Source: Acidimicrobiales bacterium (GTDB lineage Bacteria > Actinomycetota > Acidimicrobiia > Acidimicrobiales > Bog-793). Taken from it: 64,000 nt of DNA. The position numbers and the translations under genes were made by a program. Of this stretch, positions 58,746-64,000 are shown piece by piece. Position 1 is the first letter of the stretch. Every line of letters begins with the position of its first letter. The DNA lies in contig JBOGHW010000059.1 of NCBI GenBank assembly GCA_050744865.1, positions 15,895 through 79,894 of the forward strand, in the 5' to 3' direction. Below the pieces are notes generated by a model. That model worked only from the letters and a program-made list of their open reading frames with translations, ran no database searches and was not told the DNA's origin.

Positions 58746-60422
58746 ATGCCGCCCAACGCCGGGCCAGCGCCCGGCCTCCCCAGCTCCAAAGCTGCCCTCC
58801 AAGCCGCCAGGGCGTTGGTCGACCGAGCAGCCGAACAGCTCGCTCGAGCGAGCAGCAACGGGAGGGACCTCGACGACCACCAGGTCCTGGCTTACGACTT
58901 GGCCCACGCAACGGCTGGCGTGCACACCGCCGAAGCCGCATTGCGCTATGGCGAGCACGGGACCACAGAGGCCATGCTCGCCACCGCTTTCGCAGGCGAT
59001 GTCGTGGCCGATCTCGTGAGCCGCACAGCGGGTAGGGAGACAACCTGGGGGACCGAGCCGGGCTGGCACGCCGGCCTCTCGCCGTGGCTGGAGGCAGCTC
59101 GGGCGCCAGGTCTTCTCGCCAGCCTCGCCGAGACGCCAGGCGACTCACACCTCGACCCGGACTTCGAGCTGGTGCGCGACAGCTTCCGGCGCTTTGCAAC
59201 CGAGCAGATCGCCCCAAGCGCCGAGCACATACACCGTGCAAATGCGGACATACCCGAAGACATCGTCGACGGCCTGGCGGCGATGGGCGGCTTCGGCCTG
59301 TCCGTGCCGGAAGAGTACGGGGGGTACGCAACCGGAGGCGAGCACGACTATCTCGGCATGGTCGTGGCCACCGAGGAGCTTTCGCGCGCCTCGCTCGGCG
59401 CCGGCGGATCCCTCGTGACCCGTCCGGAGATCCTGGCGCGCGCGATCGTCAACGGAGGCACCGAAGAGCAACGGCGACACCTCCTCCCCAAGATCGCAAC
59501 GGGCGAGCTGATGGTGGCTGTTGCAGTGACAGAACCCGATTTCGGCTCCGACGTCGCGGGCCTGGCGGTAACCGCCACCCCGGCCGAAGGAGGCGGTTGG
59601 CTCGTGAACGGCGTCAAGACTTGGTGCACCTTCGCGGCCAGGGCGGACATCCTAATGCTGCTCGCCAGGACGGACAAAGACCGCTCCAAGGCGCACCGCG
59701 GCCTGTCGCTGTTCGTCGTCGAAAAGCCGCGGGGCGAAGCACACGGCTTCGTCTTCGAGCAGCCGGTCAGTGGCGACGACGAGCGCCCGCAGGGCCTCCC
59801 GTCTGGGCGGCTCGAAGGCAGGCCGATCGACACGATCGGCTACCGGGGCATGCACTCCTACGAGCTCGCCTTCGAGAACTGGTGGGTACCCGAGGCGAAC
59901 CAGATCGGTGGGCCGGCCGGCTTGGGACGGGGTTTCTACCTTCAGATGGCGGGGTTCGAGAACGGCCGCCTGCAGACAGCAGCCAGGGCGATCGGCGTGA
60001 TGCAGGCCGCCTACGAGGCGGGGCTCGCCTACGCCAGGGCGCGCAGCGTCTTCGGCCAACCCGTCATCGAGTACCAGCTGACCCGCGCCAAGCTCGGGCG
60101 GATGGCGGCTATGACACAGGCCAGCCGCCAGTTCGCTTACGAGGTGGCAGGAATGATGGCTCGGGGCGAGGGCTCCATGGAAGCCTCAATGGTGAAGGCG
60201 TATGTGTGCCGGGCAGCCGAGTGGGTGAGCCGGGAAGCGCTCCAGATTCACGGCGGCATGGGCTACGCCGAAGAGTTCGCCGTCAGCCGCTTGTTCGTCG
60301 ACGCCCGCGTCCTGTCGATCTTCGAGGGAGCCGACGAGACGCTCTGTCTCAAAGTGATCGCCCGCCGTCTCGTCCAGCAGGCGTCGAGCGGGGACGCCCC
60401 GACCGGTCAAGACAAAGGATGA
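58746..60422 (+). CDS. acyl-CoA dehydrogenase with ~150-aa helical N-terminal extension
   Basis: VAVTEPDFGSDVAG, WCTFAARADILMLLART, IHGGMGYAEEF. Confidence 0.9.
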   Translation: MPPNAGPAPGLPSSKAALQAARALVDRAAEQLARASSNGRDLDDHQVLAYDLAHATAGVHTAEAALRYGEHGTTEAMLATAFAGDVVADLVSRTAGRETTWGTEPGWHAGLSPWLEAARAPGLLASLAETPGDSHLDPDFELVRDSFRRFATEQIAPSAEHIHRANADIPEDIVDGLAAMGGFGLSVPEEYGGYATGGEHDYLGMVVATEELSRASLGAGGSLVTRPEILARAIVNGGTEEQRRHLLPKIATGELMVAVAVTEPDFGSDVAGLAVTATPAEGGGWLVNGVKTWCTFAARADILMLLARTDKDRSKAHRGLSLFVVEKPRGEAHGFVFEQPVSGDDERPQGLPSGRLEGRPIDTIGYRGMHSYELAFENWWVPEANQIGGPAGLGRGFYLQMAGFENGRLQTAARAIGVMQAAYEAGLAYARARSVFGQPVIEYQLTRAKLGRMAAMTQASRQFAYEVAGMMARGEGSMEASMVKAYVCRAAEWVSREALQIHGGMGYAEEFAVSRLFVDARVLSIFEGADETLCLKVIARRLVQQASSGDAPTGQDKG

Positions 60423-61165
60423 AAGTACTCATCCCGCTTCCCGATGCTGACTTCGACACGACTGAGGTCGCCGTGCCCTGGCACTACCTGACCCAGGACG
60501 GCCACGAGGTCGTGTTCGCCACCGAAGGCGGTGGCGCCTCCCCCGCCACCGACCCCCGCCTGCTGAGCGGCGTCCTCTTCGGCCGGCTCGGCGCGCGGCC
60601 GGAGCCGCTCCGTATGCACAGGCAGATGGCGGCATCCGCCGAATACGCCGCACCGGCAGCCTGGGCAGACTTGGACGTCGCGGCCTTCGACGGCCTTATC
60701 CTGGCCGGCGGCCACGCACCGGGCATGCGGCAGTATCTCGGCAGCTCCCTGCTCCGTGACAAGGTTGCAGAGTTCTGGCGCCTCGACCGCCCCGTCGGTG
60801 CCATCTGCCATGGTGTGCTGGTACTGGCCAGGACGATCGACCCGAGCACGGGGAGCAGCGTGATCGCCAAGCGCTTCACGACGTGCCTCCCCAAGCACAT
60901 GGAGCGCAGCGCCTACGCACTGACGGCCTGGAAGCTCGGTCGTTACTACCGGACGTACCCGTCGTATGTCGAGGACGAGGTAAGGAGTGTGCTCGACGAC
61001 CAGCGGAGGTTCGTTCGTGGTCCGCGCACGATCAGCCGGCGAGGCACCGACGTCGATGACCGGCCGGCGTTCGTCCTACGGGACGGCAACTACCTCTCGG
61101 CCCGCTGGCCAGGGGACGCGTACTTGTTCGCCAGGTCGTTTCTTCGGGTCTTGGCCGGGTCCTGA
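60419..61165 (+). CDS. DJ-1/PfpI (class I glutamine amidotransferase-like) family protein
   Basis: Last 248 aa of ORF 59084..61165 from ATG 60419 (ATGA overlap with ACAD stop); MKVLIPLPDADFDTTEVAVPW, LILAGGHAPG, nucleophile elbow VGAICHGVLVLA. Confidence 0.85.
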   Translation: MKVLIPLPDADFDTTEVAVPWHYLTQDGHEVVFATEGGGASPATDPRLLSGVLFGRLGARPEPLRMHRQMAASAEYAAPAAWADLDVAAFDGLILAGGHAPGMRQYLGSSLLRDKVAEFWRLDRPVGAICHGVLVLARTIDPSTGSSVIAKRFTTCLPKHMERSAYALTAWKLGRYYRTYPSYVEDEVRSVLDDQRRFVRGPRTISRRGTDVDDRPAFVLRDGNYLSARWPGDAYLFARSFLRVLAGS

Positions 61166-61298
61166 TGCCGCCCACGGGCTCGTGCCGCCGCCGCCCGGTT
61201 GCGGCTCGGTTCACAAGCGACAAGCTTTCTTACTCGGCGTATAGATAGCCGCTTTCTCCCGGCTAAGCTACGCGGCCAGCAGCATCGGGGGGGATGAC

Positions 61299-62195
61299 GT
61301 GGTGAGCAGGGTTACTCGTGAGCTGGGCTGGTGGATGGCTTCGGACGGCAAGTGGTACCCGCCCGAGCTACATCCCGACGCCACGGCGGAACCGACACCG
61401 TCGGCCGAGCGCGGCGGCCTCCACCTGGTCGCACCTCTCGAGGAGGAGCCTCCGGACGACGAGCTGACCGTCGCCGCCGATGACGAGACGGCGGACTTCG
61501 ACGAGCACTTTGGCGAGCACGCCATGGTTCCGGACCACTCGCTGGCCGCGGACCTGGTGGAAGACGACGACGGGGAGCCGCCACACCCCGGCTGGTGGAT
61601 CGCCACCGACGGCCACTGGTACCCGCCCGAGCTACATCCGGACGCCCAATTGAGCGACGACGCCGCCTCACGGGGCGACGACGCAGCCGACGACAGCCTC
61701 GGCGAGTTCGGGGAGGAGTTGCAGACGGGCGAGGCGGCGCCTGGCCCGGTCGGGACAGACCCAGACCCTGGGGAGTTGCCGGTCTTCTTCGCCGCAGAAC
61801 CGCTCATAGCCACGGCTCACGAGCCCGCGCTGGGCACGGTCCCTCAGCCTGGCGAGAGCGAGCCGGTGGATTACTTCGGCGCTCCACCCGACTACCCCGC
61901 AGAGGAGCCCGCAGGGGAAGGGCTCACCGCTACGACAGCCGCCGGCTATGCCGAGCCTGAGCCACGGCCACCGCGGTCGAGCGGCTGGGACGAGTTCCAA
62001 GGCGCGGACGAGGGCGCCAGCCAGGTCCACGACGAGACTTTGCCGGGCGGTCCCTTCGGAGTCGACCCGATGTTCGGGGGACCGTGGCAGGGCCCGGAGA
62101 TCAGGATGGGATTCCGGCGGCTCATCTCGGCTGGCCCGATCCCGGTCAAGCCAGTCGACGGCAGGAAGGGCCTACGCCGGTTCCTTCGTGACTGA
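61299..62195 (+). CDS. acidic hypothetical protein with duplicated GWWxAxDGxWYPPELHPDA module
   Basis: 298 aa; modules at residues ~10-28 and ~98-116; otherwise Asp/Glu/Pro-rich; GTG start. Confidence 0.6.
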   Translation: MVSRVTRELGWWMASDGKWYPPELHPDATAEPTPSAERGGLHLVAPLEEEPPDDELTVAADDETADFDEHFGEHAMVPDHSLAADLVEDDDGEPPHPGWWIATDGHWYPPELHPDAQLSDDAASRGDDAADDSLGEFGEELQTGEAAPGPVGTDPDPGELPVFFAAEPLIATAHEPALGTVPQPGESEPVDYFGAPPDYPAEEPAGEGLTATTAAGYAEPEPRPPRSSGWDEFQGADEGASQVHDETLPGGPFGVDPMFGGPWQGPEIRMGFRRLISAGPIPVKPVDGRKGLRRFLRD

Positions 62196-62199
62196 CCCT

Positions 62200-62221
62200 C
62201 CGGCACGGGACGCTGTGCCGG
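62200..62221. terminator. GC hairpin between convergent genes (possible bidirectional terminator, no U-tract)
   Basis: CCGGCAC (62200..62206) / GTGCCGG (62215..62221), 8-nt loop; 4 nt after the + strand stop and 3 nt before the - strand stop. Confidence 0.4.
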
Positions 62222-62224
62222 TCC

Positions 62225-63163
62225 CTAGCCCTCCGAACGCTTGAGGCCCGCCCTCTCGCCTCGGGACACGAACTTGTCGGCCATCTTGCGGCTTGCCTCG
62301 TCGATCATCTCCTCCCCGAACATGACAGCGCCCTTCCGCTCGCCCTCGGTGGCTTCCTTGTAGGCGTCCAGGATCGCCCAGGCCCTGTCGAACTGCTCCT
62401 GTGTCGGTGAGAAGATCTCGTTGAGGATGGCGACCTGGTCGGGGTGCAGCGCCCACTTGCCGTCGTAGCCGAGCGTCCTCGTTCGCCGGCAGTAGTCCCG
62501 GAACGAGTCCGGCTCGCGTACCCGGAGAAAGGGTCCGTCGATCACCTGCAGCCCGTTCGCCCTGCCTGCCATCAGTATCTTCGAGAAGACGTAGTGGAAG
62601 TGGTCGCCCGGGTACTCGGGAATCTGCACCCCACCTGTCAAGACCGGCATTTCCATCGAAGCGGCGAAGTCGGCAGGACCGAAGATGATGGTTTCGAGAC
62701 GCCGCGAAGCCGCACAAATCTCTTCGACGTTGATGAGGCCGCGAGTCGTCTCGATCTGAGCCTCGATGCCGATGTGGTTCTCCGGCAGCCCGGCGTTCTT
62801 CTCGATCTGGGTGAGCAGAAGATCGAGTGCCACCACTTCGGAGGCGGACTCCACCTTGGGCAGCATGATCTCGTCGAGCCGCTCACCTGCTCCGGTCACC
62901 ACGTCGATGACGTCGCCATAGGTCCACTGGGTGTCCCAGGCATTGACGCGGACACAGATGACGCGGTCGTCCCAGGCCAGCTCGCGGATCGCCTTGGCCA
63001 CGAGTGCTCGCGCGCTGTGTTTCTCGAGCGGGGCGACGGAGTCCTCGAGGTCGAGGAAGGTCATGTCCGCCGGCACAGATGGCGCCTTTTGCAGGAACCG
63101 CTCGCTCGAGCCGGGTACCGACAGGCACGAACGCCGCGGCATCGCGCGGGTGCGGGCGGACAT
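62225..63163 (-). CDS. HpcH/HpaI aldolase / citrate-lyase-beta-like (CitE, acyl-CoA lyase) protein
   Basis: RRSCLSVPGSS, FLDLEDSV, IIFGPADFA, GYDGKWALHPDQV. Confidence 0.9.
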   Translation of the reverse strand: MSARTRAMPRRSCLSVPGSSERFLQKAPSVPADMTFLDLEDSVAPLEKHSARALVAKAIRELAWDDRVICVRVNAWDTQWTYGDVIDVVTGAGERLDEIMLPKVESASEVVALDLLLTQIEKNAGLPENHIGIEAQIETTRGLINVEEICAASRRLETIIFGPADFAASMEMPVLTGGVQIPEYPGDHFHYVFSKILMAGRANGLQVIDGPFLRVREPDSFRDYCRRTRTLGYDGKWALHPDQVAILNEIFSPTQEQFDRAWAILDAYKEATEGERKGAVMFGEEMIDEASRKMADKFVSRGERAGLKRSEG

Positions 63164-63190
63164 CGGCCGGGCCTCGGCCCTTTCTCGCCC

Positions 63191-63892
63191 TCAGCCGAGC
63201 CGGGAGCGGAGGAACTCGACGGTGCGGTCAAAGGCGAGGCTCGACGCCGCCTCGTCGTAGACCTCGGGGCGGGTGTCGTTGAAAAAGGCATGATCGGTGC
63301 CCGGGTAGATGTGCACCGTCACGTCACTGTTCCCGCCGCTCCTGACGTCCGCCTCGAGCCGCCGGGCGACCTCGGGGCTCGCCCAATCGTCCTTCTCGGC
63401 GTAGTGACCGAGAAGAGCGCCAGAGATCTTCGAGTAGTCGGGAGCCGCCGCTTCCCAGGGAAGGGCCCCGTAGAAGGGCACGACCGCCCTCACCTTGTCG
63501 GGGCGCTCGGCGGCCAAAAGAAGGGCCAGGCCCCCACCCATGCAGAAGCCGACGACGCCGACGCCCTTGGCCGAGGCCGACGCCCGCGCCGCCACGGCGT
63601 CGACTGCGCCGCTCATGTCCCTGGCGGCGCGCCCGAGCTCCATCGCCATCATCTTCTTGCCGGCCTCGTCGGGCTCGGCCGTCTTCTCGCCGTGGTACAG
63701 GTCCGGGGCCAGGGCCGCGAAGCCGGCACGGGCAAAGCGGTCACAGACATCTTTGATGTGGTCGACGAGCCCCCACCACTCCTGGATCACGACCACGCCG
63801 GGCCCGTTGGGGCCGGGACCGCCTGGCTCGGGCATGGCGAGATAGCCCTCGCCGGTGGCGCCGTTGCTCGGGAACTCGATCATCTCGCTCAT
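63191..63892 (-). CDS. dienelactone hydrolase family protein
   Basis: VVVIQEWWGL, nucleophile motif VVGFCMGGG, C-terminal YPGTDHAF. Confidence 0.9.
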   Translation of the reverse strand: MSEMIEFPSNGATGEGYLAMPEPGGPGPNGPGVVVIQEWWGLVDHIKDVCDRFARAGFAALAPDLYHGEKTAEPDEAGKKMMAMELGRAARDMSGAVDAVAARASASAKGVGVVGFCMGGGLALLLAAERPDKVRAVVPFYGALPWEAAAPDYSKISGALLGHYAEKDDWASPEVARRLEADVRSGGNSDVTVHIYPGTDHAFFNDTRPEVYDEAASSLAFDRTVEFLRSRLG

Positions 63893-64000
63893 CGCGCGGA
63901 GGCTACCGCGGCCGCTCGAGGGCAGCGGCGGCCCGCATCGAGGCTGCGAGGAGCCCCGCAGAGCGGCCAGCGCTCAGTGCCAGCGCGCAAGGAGCTCGGA

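Noticed and set aside
59084-60418. N-terminal two thirds of the 693-aa ORF 59084..61165
   Set aside because: It is an alternative frame of the well-supported acyl-CoA dehydrogenase gene, with a translation dominated by Arg, Gly and Pro. Only the last 248 aa, from ATG 60419, form a recognisable DJ-1/PfpI protein.
63974-64000. Possible 3' end of a minus-strand gene (…SELLARWH-stop) at the window edge
   Set aside because: Only 8 codons are visible, too few to support a call.
1-64000. Mobile elements, prophage, integrases, tRNA/rRNA/tmRNA/SRP RNA genes, toxin-antitoxin or defence islands
   Set aside because: I recognised no transposase, integrase or phage-like ORFs and no tRNA-like T-arm or anticodon-arm sequences in the intergenic regions. 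The window reads as conserved core chromosome. A proper tRNAscan, Infernal or ISfinder run is still needed, since this is an eye-scan only.

Overview
GC-rich, gene-dense chromosomal core segment of about 62 protein-coding genes. Gene order is typical of Actinomycetota; a more precise lineage cannot be assigned from the sequence alone. All family assignments come from reading motifs in the ORF-track translations. No database search or computation was run.

Layout:
- 1..10.5 kb: lipid/CoA metabolism genes (AidB-like ACAD fragment, aldo/keto reductase, NifU-like, nucleotidyltransferase, nitronate monooxygenase, acyl-CoA synthetase, APH-like kinase), then a WPD-loop tyrosine phosphatase and an SRAP peptidase.
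- 10.9..15.2 kb: dxs, a GT2 glycosyltransferase, ald.
- 15.2..40.4 kb: a long, mostly minus-strand housekeeping array: dprA, comM, yraN, DUF2469, rplS, trmD, rimM, KH protein, rpsP, ffh, ftsY, smc, mutM, rnc, acpP, plsX, rpmF, yceD, a DivIVA-like protein, coaD, rsmD, recG, yloV, with rpmB divergent. Many junctions are 1-4 nt stop/start overlaps.
- 40.5..45.3 kb: thiL, pckG, an MFS transporter, a small AsnC-type protein.
- 45.3..51.1 kb: a split SUF locus. sufB is separated from sufD-Rieske-sufC by about 2.1 kb.
- 51.2..64 kb: oligopeptidase B, a membrane protein, an MBL hydrolase, a secreted protein coupled to an epoxide-hydrolase-like enzyme, and a MaoC / ACAD / DJ-1 / CitE / dienelactone-hydrolase CoA-ester cluster.

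I recognised no rRNA, tRNA, CRISPR array, transposase, integrase, or obvious defence or toxin-antitoxin module, and I see no clear novel multi-gene system.

Items most worth a second look:
1. A mitochondrial-type (monomeric architecture) PheRS-like paralogue, on the opposite strand where fabD/fabG sit in the B. subtilis version of this array.
2. A 41-nt two-tier palindromic element present twice (35/41 identical).
3. A compound minisatellite plus AT-rich hairpin between SRAP and dxs.
4. A KstR-type palindrome on the divergent fadD start region.
5. The interrupted SUF locus, including a 4-Cys small protein, a Cys-rich HIT-like protein, and a sufD N-terminus that seems to need a CTG start.
6. 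Several in-frame low-complexity expansions in housekeeping proteins.
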